DNA of 64,000 nucleotides from a bacterium (GTDB lineage Bacteria; Electryoneota; Electryoneia; Electryoneales; Electryoneaceae). Positions 19,966 through 29,598 of the stretch are shown here, one piece after another; position 1 is the first letter of the stretch, and the number at the start of each line of letters is the position of its first letter. Position numbers and translations under genes: made by a program. The DNA is taken from the NCBI GenBank assembly GCA_963675295.2, contig CAXXKJ010000002.1, positions 3,968,001-4,032,000 on the forward strand, in the 5' to 3' direction. The notes under the pieces are model-generated. The model had not been told where the DNA came from. It searched no databases and saw nothing but the letters and a program-made list of their open reading frames with translations.

Positions 19966-21132
19966 TTACCCCACCCAGGTACGTGGGATCTCGCCGGGTA
20001 GCCGGACCAGGACCTCGTAGTTGAGGTATTGGCCGAGGTCGGAGAACGTGCCGAGGCTGATCTCTCTTTCGCCCTGCTTGCCGATGATGACGACCTCGTC
20101 CCCAGTGTCCACCTGCCCGATGTCGGTGGTATCAACGAGGATCATGTTCATGTTGACCGTACCGATCACCGGCACCCGTTGCCCGCGCACCAGCACTTTG
20201 CCGAGGTTGCTGAGGCTGCGTGCGAATCCATGCCAGTAGCCGATTGGAACCGTGGCGAGGTGGGTGGTTCGAGTGGTGAGGAACGAGATTCCGTAGCCGA
20301 TGTATTCACCCGGTTTGACGGTTTTCACGCTCATCACGCGGCTCTTCCAGCGGATGACCCGTTTCAACGGGTCGACATAGTCCTCCACATCCTCGATGCC
20401 GGACTCGAGGAAGTAGTGCATCAGGATTTCCTTGCTTGGCCAGTAGCCGTATTGCGCGATCCCGACACGAACCATGTCCTGAATGGTTTTCGGGTATGCA
20501 AATGTCGCAGCCGAGCTGGCGACATGCTTTGCGAACGTCTTGATGCCGAGACGTTTCAGTTTGCCCGTCATCCGTCGGTAGTTCTTCAGCTGCTTCTGAA
20601 TCCGCCAGTAATTTGCCGTTGATTCCGCCCCGGCGAAATGGGTGCAAACACCGTCCACGCTGATCGTGTTTCCATTGTGCAGGATGAGATCCGCGACGTC
20701 GCCGAGTTGATCCTCCGGCAGGCCGGTACGATTCATGCCGGTTTCCAGCTCGAGGTGCACCTTGGCTTTCTTGCCGACCCGTGCCGCTGCACGATTGGTC
20801 GCCCGCAGACGTTCGAGATCGAACACGTAGAACGCGATCTCATTATCAACCGCCCACTCGAGCTCGGCCTCGTCGATGTAGCCCATGATCATGATTTCGC
20901 ACGGTTCGGTTCGTGCTTCGAGCACCGCCAGCGCTTCTCCCGCACTGAATACGGAGAAGTGATCGACGCCGCATTCCTGGGCCTTGGGGATGAAGTGGTT
21001 GATGCCGTGGCCGTATGCATTCCCTTTCACCACCGAACTAAAGATGGTCTTCGGGCCGATCCGGTCCCGCAGAAATTCGAGGTTGGTCCGTAGTGCGCGT
21101 TCGCTGAGTTCAATGATGGACGTGTGAAACAT
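19966..21132 (-). CDS. alr: Alanine racemase family protein
   Basis: VVKGNAYGHG PLP lysine, HLELETGMNRTG, VRVGIAQYG and GEYIGYG catalytic Tyr. Confidence 0.85.
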   Translation of the reverse strand: MFHTSIIELSERALRTNLEFLRDRIGPKTIFSSVVKGNAYGHGINHFIPKAQECGVDHFSVFSAGEALAVLEARTEPCEIMIMGYIDEAELEWAVDNEIAFYVFDLERLRATNRAAARVGKKAKVHLELETGMNRTGLPEDQLGDVADLILHNGNTISVDGVCTHFAGAESTANYWRIQKQLKNYRRMTGKLKRLGIKTFAKHVASSAATFAYPKTIQDMVRVGIAQYGYWPSKEILMHYFLESGIEDVEDYVDPLKRVIRWKSRVMSVKTVKPGEYIGYGISFLTTRTTHLATVPIGYWHGFARSLSNLGKVLVRGQRVPVIGTVNMNMILVDTTDIGQVDTGDEVVIIGKQGEREISLGTFSDLGQYLNYEVLVRLPGEIPRTWVG

Positions 21133-22272
21133 TTAACCGAGTACCTTCCGGATGATCTGGTCGAACATATCGACGCCGTGCACAAGGATATCGTCGGGGA
21201 AATCGTAATCGGGATGATGCAGGGCTGGGTGGTCGACGCCGGAACCGAGGCCGAACATGGTTGCGGGGCACCGTTCGCCGAAATGGCCGAAATCCTCCGA
21301 CCACGGGAACGGCAGCGCGGGTTCAACGAGGGCCAGGCCGAGAGTTGAGGCGCTGTCGCGCACGACGGAAGTCGTATCGGTGTGGTTGACAGTCGCCGGG
21401 AACGGTTCGACCCACTCGACCTCGTGCCGCAGACTGTACGCGGCTGCGATGTTTTTAGCCAGTTTTGCGCATTGGTCCTGCAACGCCTGCAGCGTTTCAG
21501 TGCGATGGGCGCGCAGGGTCGCCATCACCACCGCCTCTCCGGGGGAGGTGCCGAACGCGACTTTGCCGAGTTTCGCATGGATGATGGTCACCTTCGCCGC
21601 TTCACCCAGCGACGTATGGAATTGCGGGGCGGCGCTGAGGGCATTGATCAAGGCCGCGACAGCAAGCGCCGGGCTGACGCCATGTTCCGGTTCGGCGGCG
21701 TGCGAGGTGGCACCGTGCAGATCGATCCGCATCCCAACCGACGCCGACGCGAACCCACCCTCACGCAGGATGATCGCGCCGCGGTCGAAACCGGGCAGGT
21801 TGTGCAACGCATACGCCTGGTCGGGGTTAATCCGGGAGAATTGCGGATCGTCGATCACCTTCGCCGCGCCCTCGCCGGTTTCCTCGGCGGGTTGGTACAG
21901 CAGGACCGCTTCGCCACGCATGGGCCGCTTTTCGGCCAACCGTGACGCCAGCGCCGACAACATCGCCATGTGGCCGTCATGACCGCACTTGTGCGACACA
22001 CCGTCCCGAGTGGATTTGTAGTTGAGGCTCGTGTTCTCGTGGATCGGGAGCGCGTCCATGTCGCTGCGGATGAGCAGGCGGGGTCCGTCCTCCTGCCCGC
22101 GAAATACGGCCGCGATGCCGTGCCCGCCGAGACCGGTCAACAGGTCGTCCGACTGAGTCGCGCGCAACCAGGTGAGGATGCGTTCGGCGGTGCCGGACTC
22201 ACAGTGGGAGGGCTCCGGGTGACGGTGCAGCTCGTGCCGCAACTCGATCGCTTGTCGTACCAGCTCGTTCAT
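21133..22272 (-). CDS. M20 family amidohydrolase
   Basis: LHRHPE, RSDMDALP, HKCGHDGH, QPAEE and SEDF motifs; abuts alr start. Confidence 0.9.
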   Translation of the reverse strand: MNELVRQAIELRHELHRHPEPSHCESGTAERILTWLRATQSDDLLTGLGGHGIAAVFRGQEDGPRLLIRSDMDALPIHENTSLNYKSTRDGVSHKCGHDGHMAMLSALASRLAEKRPMRGEAVLLYQPAEETGEGAAKVIDDPQFSRINPDQAYALHNLPGFDRGAIILREGGFASASVGMRIDLHGATSHAAEPEHGVSPALAVAALINALSAAPQFHTSLGEAAKVTIIHAKLGKVAFGTSPGEAVVMATLRAHRTETLQALQDQCAKLAKNIAAAYSLRHEVEWVEPFPATVNHTDTTSVVRDSASTLGLALVEPALPFPWSEDFGHFGERCPATMFGLGSGVDHPALHHPDYDFPDDILVHGVDMFDQIIRKVLG

Positions 22273-22476
22273 CAGGATGGGTCGTTTTAGCTCGCGGTTC
22301 GCCGTCGCCTTGTTGGACGGAGAACGCCTGAACCGGTGAGGGTTTGCCATATCCGGCGAACGCGTCGCTCGGACACGAAAGTATGGTACTGCCTCCGGGT
22401 GGGAGGATCAATGTCGGAGGTCAGATGGATCGGGAACGGAAGTCAGCGGCCGCGATACTCAACCCGGGATAAACAT

Positions 22477-22590
22477 GCCCCAGACATTCATGTCTGGGAT
22501 GATAGCTTAGGATAACCCCGGGCTGAAGCCCGAGGACGTGGTTGCTGTTGTCTCGTGACCGTTCGATCATCCCGGACTGAAGTCCGAGGA
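22477..22590 (+). repeat. Cluster of short palindromes (family B at 22477-22498; family C at 22515-22536 and 22570-22590)
   Basis: GCCCCAGACATTCATGTCTGGG; CCCGGGCTGAAGCCCGAGGA; CCCGGACTGAAGTCCGAGGA. Confidence 0.75.
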
Positions 22591-22627
22591 CACGGTGACG
22601 GTGGAGTTGCCTGCAGCCCGCAGCCCG

Positions 22628-23308
22628 TTATTTATGCGCGAGATACCATTGCACAGCGATGATGGTCTTGGCGTCCACGATGGTCCCGTCGTAGATCCCG
22701 GTCGCCAGCTGCTCGCGTGTCATTTCGATCACGCGGAGGTCTTCACCGGCATCGACTCCACCGCCGTCCTCGATACGGTCGTCGTCGGTCACTTCGCCGT
22801 AGTACAGCCACATACGTTCGGTCGCACCACCGGGCGTGGTGTAGTAGGTCAGAATGTGTTCGAGTTCCGGCGCACGGTAGCCGGTTTCCTCGAGCAACTC
22901 CCGGTGCATCGTGTCGAGCGGCTCCTCGCCGTCCACATCCATCAACCCGGCTGGCAATTCGGTGATCCAGCCTTCATCGCCTTTCAGGTACACCGGCGGA
23001 CGAAACTGTTCGACGAGGATCAGGGTGTTGCGCTCGCGGTGCCTCAGGAGAGCAGCGACGGCGTCATTGCGGCGGTAGATCAGCCGGCTGAGCACCGGTG
23101 TCATGGTTCCGTCGAAACGGGTATGCCGCAGCAGCACGGAATCAATCTTGAAGAATTCGTCAAACACACGTTGTTTTTCGAGCAGCTCTACGTGTCGGTC
23201 CATCCTCTCCTCGATTTCGGGTGACGGTTTTTCTCCGGAGCCCGTTTGGAGTTCTACGTGTTGCGCAAGAGGCAGAAACTTCCCTAAATCGGAATTATTC
23301 TGATTCAC
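22628..23308 (-). CDS. NUDIX hydrolase (ADP-ribose pyrophosphatase-like)
   Basis: VEQFRPP, ELPAGLMD and RELLEETGY Nudix box, DAKTII. Confidence 0.9.
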   Translation of the reverse strand: MNQNNSDLGKFLPLAQHVELQTGSGEKPSPEIEERMDRHVELLEKQRVFDEFFKIDSVLLRHTRFDGTMTPVLSRLIYRRNDAVAALLRHRERNTLILVEQFRPPVYLKGDEGWITELPAGLMDVDGEEPLDTMHRELLEETGYRAPELEHILTYYTTPGGATERMWLYYGEVTDDDRIEDGGGVDAGEDLRVIEMTREQLATGIYDGTIVDAKTIIAVQWYLAHK

Positions 23309-23376
23309 CCTTGCATCAGAGGGGTCAGCACCGTTATTCTAATAAGTGGTATTTGCTACGTTTACCAACAGTACGG

Positions 23377-23817
23377 ATGAGCGCCATGCAGACGGAACTC
23401 ACCGACCGGTTCATCAAGATGGCCCGGGAACGGAAGTTGAAGGTAACACCGCAGCGGGTGGAAATTTTTCGCACGCTGGCGATGTCCCACGAGCACCCCT
23501 CGGCCGAGCAGATTCACAAGGACGTGCGCGAGCATCTGCCCGCTGTCTCACTCGACACGGTGTATCGTACGCTCGCAACGCTCGAGCAGCACGGTCTGAT
23601 CGATCGTGTGAACACCTCCGACGATCGCGCGCGGTACGAGGTGCATGATCACGATCATCACCACTTCGTGTGCGTCAAATGCAAGGAAGTGTACGACGTC
23701 GAGTGGCCGGAATTTGACCAGTTGCCGCTCCCCGCAGGAGTGGCGGAACTGGGCTTGCCGATGCAACCACGAGTCGAACTGCGGGGCATTTGCAAGAAAT
23801 GCCAGCAACAGATTTAA
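23377..23817 (+). CDS. Fur-family transcriptional repressor (PerR-like)
   Basis: TPQR, HPSAE, TVYRTL, HHHFVCVKC and GICKKC; upstream of a peroxiredoxin. Confidence 0.88.
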   Translation: MSAMQTELTDRFIKMARERKLKVTPQRVEIFRTLAMSHEHPSAEQIHKDVREHLPAVSLDTVYRTLATLEQHGLIDRVNTSDDRARYEVHDHDHHHFVCVKCKEVYDVEWPEFDQLPLPAGVAELGLPMQPRVELRGICKKCQQQI

Positions 23818-23960
23818 TCATCTGATCAGCGGGCGGCGAGACCTTCGTTGCCCGTTTTCTCTGCCCTTCCTGAACCACCATCGCCTTCGTCAGAACCCCC
23901 GGAGCACCCGGTTGAAACACAAGCTGGCTTTTCGCATCCTAGAAACAAGAACAAATTGGA

Positions 23961-23979
23961 GATAGGAGAAATTCCTATC
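23961..23979. promoter_or_regulatory. Candidate Fur/PerR-family operator
   Basis: 19-bp dyad GATAGGA-GAAAT-TCCTATC upstream of the peroxiredoxin RBS. Confidence 0.4.
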
Positions 23980-24016
23980 ACACAAAGTGAACAGCCCCCC
24001 GCAAGCCAAGGAGACG

Positions 24017-24670
24017 ATGATGGAAGCGAGCAAGCAGAACCTGCCGTTGATTGGTGACAAGTTCCCGGAGTTCACGGTCAAGAGTACGCATGGCGAACTG
24101 AATCTGCCGGGTGATTATGTGGGCAAGTGGTTCGTGCTGTTCAGCCACCCGGGCGATTTCACGCCGGTATGCACCACCGAGTTTCACGCGTTCGCGAAGC
24201 TGAGCGATGAGTTCAAGGCTCTGAACACGGAGCTGGTCGGGTTGTCCATCGACCAGGTGTTCAGCCACATCGAGTGGGTCAACTGGATTGACAAGCATTT
24301 GAATACGAAGATCCCGTTCCCGGTAATCGCGGATGACCGTGGCGTGATGGCGGAAGGTCTCGGCATGCTGCACCCGGGAAAGGGCTCGAATACGGTGCGT
24401 GCCGTGTTCATCGTGGACCCGAACGGCGTGCTGCGTCTGATGCTGTATTATCCGCAGGAGATCGGGCGGAACATGGATGAGATCCTGCGCACGATCAAGG
24501 CATTGCAGGCCGCCGACGGCAACGGCGTCGCGATTCCGGCGAACTGGCCGAACAACGAGCTGCTCGGCGACAAGGTGATCATCCCGCCCGCGAGCAACGA
24601 AAAGGATGCCGCTGAGCGTCTGGACAAGTATGATGGCTATGACTGGTGGTTCTGCTACCGCGAGTTGTAA
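24017..24670 (+). CDS. Peroxiredoxin (Prx6/archaeal-like type)
   Basis: [22 protein letters not shown] and C-terminal DWWFC. Confidence 0.93.
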   Translation: MMEASKQNLPLIGDKFPEFTVKSTHGELNLPGDYVGKWFVLFSHPGDFTPVCTTEFHAFAKLSDEFKALNTELVGLSIDQVFSHIEWVNWIDKHLNTKIPFPVIADDRGVMAEGLGMLHPGKGSNTVRAVFIVDPNGVLRLMLYYPQEIGRNMDEILRTIKALQAADGNGVAIPANWPNNELLGDKVIIPPASNEKDAAERLDKYDGYDWWFCYREL

Positions 24671-24698
24671 GCCGGTTCCTCCAATTTCTCTGCCCTGG

Positions 24699-24731
24699 AA
24701 AAAGGCTGCCTGAATTGTCAGGCAGCCTTTT
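24699..24731. terminator. Bidirectional intrinsic terminator
   Basis: AAAAAGGCTGCCTGA-ATTG-TCAGGCAGCCTTTT between convergent genes. Confidence 0.85.
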
Positions 24732-24754
24732 GCATTCAAGTAGTGCAAAACGGG

Positions 24755-25249
24755 TCAGGCTTCGTCCACCACGATGTCCTCGCCGTCGTCCTGCAGCGTT
24801 TCGTAGTCGCGTTCCATCTCGAACGATGCCGCCATCCGGTCAAAGTGCCAGGCGGTGAGCAGGTTGCTGACGACGAGCAGCAGCAGTGAGACCCAGAATT
24901 TGCGGAACAGGGCGACGATCAGGCTTAGCCCGAGCGTGACCCCGCCGCCGATATTGAGCAGGCGGTCGAGATCATGCGGCCGGCGCAGCGCCCAGACCTG
25001 TTCGCCACGCATGGCGCGGTTCATCCAGCGGTCCTCGCTGCTCGGGGAGAACACGTACGGGCTCACCGCGACAAACGCGAGCACGCCGAGCAGATTCCGG
25101 AAGCTGCGGCGCAGCGATCCAATCCAGAGCAGGAACGGCGCACCGAGACGGACCCAGCCACTGACTTCGTTGGCGTTCAGCGACCAGTCCCGGTACCCGC
25201 CGTCGATCAGGTCGCGGATACGATCCAGATCCATTGTTGGCTCCTCCAT
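24755..25249 (-). CDS. Hypothetical membrane protein
   Basis: 164-aa ORF with hydrophobic segments and WMNRAMRGEQVW motif; host-like codon usage. Confidence 0.65.
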   Translation of the reverse strand: MEEPTMDLDRIRDLIDGGYRDWSLNANEVSGWVRLGAPFLLWIGSLRRSFRNLLGVLAFVAVSPYVFSPSSEDRWMNRAMRGEQVWALRRPHDLDRLLNIGGGVTLGLSLIVALFRKFWVSLLLLVVSNLLTAWHFDRMAASFEMERDYETLQDDGEDIVVDEA

Positions 25250-25350
25250 TTTCCCGCGTGTTGTGTGTGTCCCGAAGGTAGCAAGCGCGGGACGGGGTGT
25301 GCAGCGTGGATCTCAAGAACGTGGCACGCGGAGATCAGTTTGCTGCAACG

Positions 25351-25377
25351 AAAAAAGGCCTCACGAGGAGGCCTTTC
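25351..25377 (-). terminator. Terminator downstream of tRNA
   Basis: AAAGGCCTC-CTCGT-GAGGCCTTTTTT on the minus strand. Confidence 0.75.
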
Positions 25378-25384
25378 TGCCGGG

Positions 25385-25457
25385 TAGCGGGAGAGGGACT
25401 TGAACCCCCGACACGAGGATTATGATTCCCCTGCTCTGCCAACTGAGCTATCCCGCC
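25385..25457 (-). tRNA. tRNA-Met (CAT), probably elongator; CCA not encoded
   Basis: GGCGGGA-TAGCTCAGTTGGCAGAGCA-GGGGA-ATCATAA-TCCTC-GTGTC-GGGGGTTCAAGTCCCTC-TCCCGCT-A folds as a cloverleaf; lacks the initiator C1:A72 mismatch; Ile2 not fully excluded. Confidence 0.92.
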
Positions 25458-25765
25458 GGGTTGCCGTAAAACGGCAGACGTCGAATATAACGGGCCACTC
25501 CGGGTGGTGCAAGATCTGGATCTCACCCCGGAGACGAAACGCCAGAGCCCGTTCATCGACTGCGAGAGTAAGTTAGCATTTACTAACCCTTCGCGAAAGG
25601 TTCCCGGCAAACTTGCAGCCTTTTCCTGAGTTCACCCACTCAGGAGTACTCGTGATTCGAGAAAATCGTGGATTTTGCGAACTCGCTCTTGTTTTTTCGT
25701 CACGAACGCTCGCAGATTAGTTGCACGCAGTTTTGCCGGAAATCCGAAACAGGATGGTTTGCCAG

Positions 25766-25897
25766 ATGAACCGCACGATCACCAGTCAGCAGACAGCCGT
25801 CGCGCGTTGCAGCAGCAACGTTGCCGTGGCGAGCTCTGTCCAGACCTGGTGGTATTGGTTCACAGCGTCCGAACTCCCGGATCCGGCCCCGTGCTGA
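25766..25897 (+). CDS. Trp-rich leader peptide (TrpL-like), 43 aa
   Basis: MNRTITSQQTAVARCSSNVAVASSVQTWWYWFTASELPDPAPC*; three Trp codons at 25847-25858; precedes terminator and trpB2. Confidence 0.75.
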   Translation: MNRTITSQQTAVARCSSNVAVASSVQTWWYWFTASELPDPAPC

Positions 25898-25926
25898 TGT
25901 GAATCAGCATACCACGCGCGACCAAC

Positions 25927-25958
25927 GCGCCGGCCCTTCCGGGGGCCGGCGCTTTTTT
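25927..25958 (+). terminator. Attenuator terminator upstream of trpB2
   Basis: GCGCCGGCCC-TTCCGG-GGGCCGGCGC-TTTTTT, 45 nt before the trpB2 ATG. Confidence 0.85.
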
Positions 25959-26003
25959 GTTGCCTGAAAACGATGAAGCATACAAACGCAAGGAGATGTA
26001 CCG

Positions 26004-27389
26004 ATGGAAAGGACGAAGTACCAGTTGCCGGAAAACGAGATCCCGTCCGCTTATTACAACATCGCGGCCGATTTGCCTGAACCGTTGGCACCTGTGATTC
26101 ACCCGGCGACAAAGCAGCCGATCGGACCGGACGACCTCGCGCCGTTGTTTCCGATGAGCCTGATCGAGCAGGAGGTGAGCACGGAACGGGAGATCGAGAT
26201 TCCGGAACCGGTACGCGACGCCTACCGCCTGTATCGTCCGACGCCGCTGATTCGAGCGTTGCGTCTCGAACGGGCGCTGGATACACCGGCGAAGATCTAC
26301 TTCAAGCACGAGGGCGTCAGTCCCGCGGGGTCGCACAAGCCGAACACGGCGATCGCGCAGGCATTTTATAACAAGCAGGCAGGTGTGAAACGGTTGTCCA
26401 CCGAAACCGGCGCGGGCCAGTGGGGTTCGGCGCTGGCGTTGGCCGGGTCGATGTTCGGCCTTGAGATCAGCGTGTACATGGTGAAGGCGTCGTTTACGCA
26501 GAAGCCGTACCGCAAGAGTATGATGGAAACCTGGGGCGCATCCGTTCTGGCGAGTCCGAGTGACCGCACCAATGCCGGCCGCAAGGTGCTGGCGGAGATG
26601 CCGGACTCGCCGGGCAGCCTCGGGATTGCGATTTCGGAAGCGGTTGAGGAGGCAGCAACACGGGACGACACGAACTACGCCCTCGGGTCGGTGCTCAATC
26701 ACGTGTTGCTGCACCAGACCGTGATCGGGCTGGAAACGAAGAAGCAGCTCGAGCTTGCCGGTGATGCGCCGGACATCATGATCGCCTGCGTTGGCGGCGG
26801 CTCGAACTTCGGCGGCTTCGCGTTCCCGTTCATCGCGGACAAGATTCACGGTAAGTCGTCGACGCGGTTCATCGCCGTCGAACCGGAAGCCGCGCCGAGC
26901 CTGACTCGTGGCGAATACACGTACGATTTCGGCGACACGGCGATGTCAACGCCGTTGATGAAGATGCACACGCTCGGCCATGACTTCATCCCCGAACCGA
27001 TTCACGCCGGCGGGTTGCGGTATCACGGCATGGCGCCGTTGATCTGCCACCTCTACGATCTCGGTTTGATGGAGGCGGTGGCGGTGCATCAGAAGCCGGT
27101 TTTCGAGGCGGCGGTGCTGTTTGCCCGGACTGAGGGCATCCTCCCCGCACCGGAATCGAGCCACGCGATCCGTGTCGCGGTTGACGAGGCCTTGAAGTGC
27201 AAGGAAAGCGGCGAAGCGAAGACGATCGTGTTCGATCTCAGCGGGCACGGCCACTTCGACCTCTCGGCATATGATGCGTACAACGCCAACACATTGACCG
27301 ATACCGAGTTTAACCCGCAGGCGTCCAAAGCAGCGCTGGAGAAGACGCCACGGCTGAAAAGTGCCCCGCAGATGGGGATCATGATGTAG
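26004..27389 (+). CDS. trpB2: TrpB-like PLP-dependent enzyme (tryptophan synthase beta, type 2)
   Basis: [41 protein letters not shown] and LSGHGHFD motifs; no adjacent trpA. Confidence 0.93.
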   Translation: MERTKYQLPENEIPSAYYNIAADLPEPLAPVIHPATKQPIGPDDLAPLFPMSLIEQEVSTEREIEIPEPVRDAYRLYRPTPLIRALRLERALDTPAKIYFKHEGVSPAGSHKPNTAIAQAFYNKQAGVKRLSTETGAGQWGSALALAGSMFGLEISVYMVKASFTQKPYRKSMMETWGASVLASPSDRTNAGRKVLAEMPDSPGSLGIAISEAVEEAATRDDTNYALGSVLNHVLLHQTVIGLETKKQLELAGDAPDIMIACVGGGSNFGGFAFPFIADKIHGKSSTRFIAVEPEAAPSLTRGEYTYDFGDTAMSTPLMKMHTLGHDFIPEPIHAGGLRYHGMAPLICHLYDLGLMEAVAVHQKPVFEAAVLFARTEGILPAPESSHAIRVAVDEALKCKESGEAKTIVFDLSGHGHFDLSAYDAYNANTLTDTEFNPQASKAALEKTPRLKSAPQMGIMM

Positions 27390-27596
27390 TCAACGAAGCT
27401 CCGGTTTCCTGGCCGGAGAACAAGCGAGCAGAGTACAAACGATTCCTCCTGGTTATCTCTACCCCCAGGCGCCGGGTCCTTCACCTTCCCCATGTGGACC
27501 CGGCGCGCTTCTTTTTTTCGAGTTTTACTACGCGAAACGTTGCCCATTTCCGCTATATTCAGCCGATCGGTTGAACACAGAAACTGTTGATAAACC

Positions 27597-28442
27597 ATGA
27601 ACCCACTGGATTTCACCACCATTCGGACGGATCAGCCGCATCCAATGCTGCTGATCGCCGGGCCGTGCGTGCTCGAGAACGAACCGTTGACGCTGCGGAT
27701 CGCCGAAACGATCCGTGAACTCACCGAGCGGTACCAGATTCCGTATGTCTTCAAGGCGTCGTTCGACAAAGCGAACCGCACCTCCGGCGGCTCGAAACGC
27801 GGGCCGGGGATGGCGGAAGGGCTGGCAATGCTGGCGAAGGTGCGCGAGGAGTTCGGACTGCCGGTGACCACCGACGTGCACGACGTGCAGCAGGTGGCGG
27901 ACGTCGCGGCGACGGTCGATTTGTTGCAGATCCCGGCATTTCTCTGCCGTCAGACGGACCTGCTGATCGCGGCAGGCGCGTCCGGCAAGCCGGTGAACGT
28001 CAAGAAGGGCCAGTTTATGGCGCCGGAGGACATGCAGTACGCGGTGGATAAGGTCAAACTGGGCGGCGGCGAGGTGGTTTTCCTCACCGAACGCGGGACC
28101 AGCTTCGGGTATCGCAACCTCGTGGTGGATATGCGTTCGTTGCCGATCATGCGTCAGTCGGCGCCGGTGATTTTCGACGGTACGCACTCGGTGCAGATGC
28201 CAGGCGGTGCCGGCGGCAAGACCGGCGGAAAGCGGGAAATGGTGCCATACCTGGTGCGTGCGGCGCTGGCGGCGGGGATCGACGGGCTGTTCCTCGAGGT
28301 GCATCCTGATCCTGACAGCAGCCCCAGCGACGGGCCGAACATGATCACCCCGGCGACGCTGGAATCCAATCTCTCCCAATGGCTTGACCTCTATCAGATC
28401 GGTTCCTCTGCCGCGGCTTCATCCAACGCGGCCCGTACATGA
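27597..28442 (+). CDS. kdsA: KDO-8-phosphate synthase
   Basis: IAGPCVLE, KASFDKANRTS, QIPAFLCRQTDL, KKGQF and DGTHSVQ motifs. Confidence 0.96.
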   Translation: MNPLDFTTIRTDQPHPMLLIAGPCVLENEPLTLRIAETIRELTERYQIPYVFKASFDKANRTSGGSKRGPGMAEGLAMLAKVREEFGLPVTTDVHDVQQVADVAATVDLLQIPAFLCRQTDLLIAAGASGKPVNVKKGQFMAPEDMQYAVDKVKLGGGEVVFLTERGTSFGYRNLVVDMRSLPIMRQSAPVIFDGTHSVQMPGGAGGKTGGKREMVPYLVRAALAAGIDGLFLEVHPDPDSSPSDGPNMITPATLESNLSQWLDLYQIGSSAAASSNAART

Positions 28443-29521
28443 GTATCTCCCTGCTCCCTGTTCCGAAAGTGGTCATTACCGGCGGTCTAGGCGGGTTGGG
28501 GACCACTCTGGCGCTGGCGCTACGGGTGGAAAATGTGCCGGTCACGGTGATTGACGTGCTCCACCCCGGCTGTGCACCGCACCCGGCGTTTGAACACCGG
28601 AAGGCCGTGCTGGAAAACGCCGGTGTCGAGGTACGCCTGGAAGACATGCGGCTGCCGGACTTGCCTGCCGAGGTGCTGGTAGCGGCGAACCGGTATGAGT
28701 CGCCGTTGCCGCCGTTGTGGCTGCATTGCGCATTTCCACCACCACCGGATGTGCCGGACGTGCCGTTGGAAAGCTATCAGCAGCTGGCGTACGACGCCCC
28801 GGCGCAGTGGATCGAGTATGCGATGGAACGCGGCTGGTGGTGGATGGTGATGCAGCACCTGCCGGCGGTGTTGTCGGACGACGCCCGGCTGCATTACCCG
28901 GCCTGGCGGGCAATCTTCGACGCCGAGAGCAAACTGCGGCAGGAGTTCTTCCGCGATGTGATGCTGAAACAGCAGATGGGCCTGTTCCCGTTCCTGCCGG
29001 AGTTGTTCGGCCATCACCAATCTCCGCACACGATGCCATTACGGCAGTATCTGCAAATCCTTGCAGGACGGGATGTGTCGGTGTGCGCATTCGACAAGCC
29101 GTGGAGCGTATCGTCGCTGGATTCGACCGCCCGGGATCTGCTGCAGGTGCTGCAATCCTTTGCGGCGAGCCAGGGGATTGATGTCGAACAAAGGCCAAAC
29201 ACCAATCCGGACCTTCTCGCCCGTGGTGAAGATTGGATCCTGCACCTGCGTGTGCTGCTGCAGTTGAGCCATTTGCGGGTAAAGTCTGATCAATCGCCGG
29301 GCAGTTACTACCCCACCGACGCTATCGGCCATCGCTTGGCGCAATTGCCTGAATTCCAGGAAACGGGCTTTGCAATTCTCGCGGCGGAAGAGATTCGGCG
29401 TGTCAGTCTCGATGATGTGCGCAACTTGATTGCGGGCTGGGGCGAGCTGCCGTGGATGCCTCCTCCCGACTGGCCGAAGCAGGTCAGTGGTGGACGAGGC
29501 CGGAGAAAACGAAAATCCTGA
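28439..29521 (+). CDS. Divergent NAD(P)-binding Rossmann (epimerase/dehydratase-like) protein
   Basis: VVITGGLGGLG N-terminal motif; remainder unrecognised; 4-nt overlap with kdsA. Confidence 0.55.
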   Translation: MSISLLPVPKVVITGGLGGLGTTLALALRVENVPVTVIDVLHPGCAPHPAFEHRKAVLENAGVEVRLEDMRLPDLPAEVLVAANRYESPLPPLWLHCAFPPPPDVPDVPLESYQQLAYDAPAQWIEYAMERGWWWMVMQHLPAVLSDDARLHYPAWRAIFDAESKLRQEFFRDVMLKQQMGLFPFLPELFGHHQSPHTMPLRQYLQILAGRDVSVCAFDKPWSVSSLDSTARDLLQVLQSFAASQGIDVEQRPNTNPDLLARGEDWILHLRVLLQLSHLRVKSDQSPGSYYPTDAIGHRLAQLPEFQETGFAILAAEEIRRVSLDDVRNLIAGWGELPWMPPPDWPKQVSGGRGRRKRKS

Positions 29522-29598
29522 CCTTTGCGTAACCTGTTGCCGTATGTACTTTACGGCTTCCCTAACTCAACCGTTTCTGGTAAAGGATTACGACCGGA

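Noticed and set aside
25385-25457. tRNA as integration site of a genomic island
   Set aside because: No integrase and no duplicated tRNA 3' end seen; flanking genes have host-like composition
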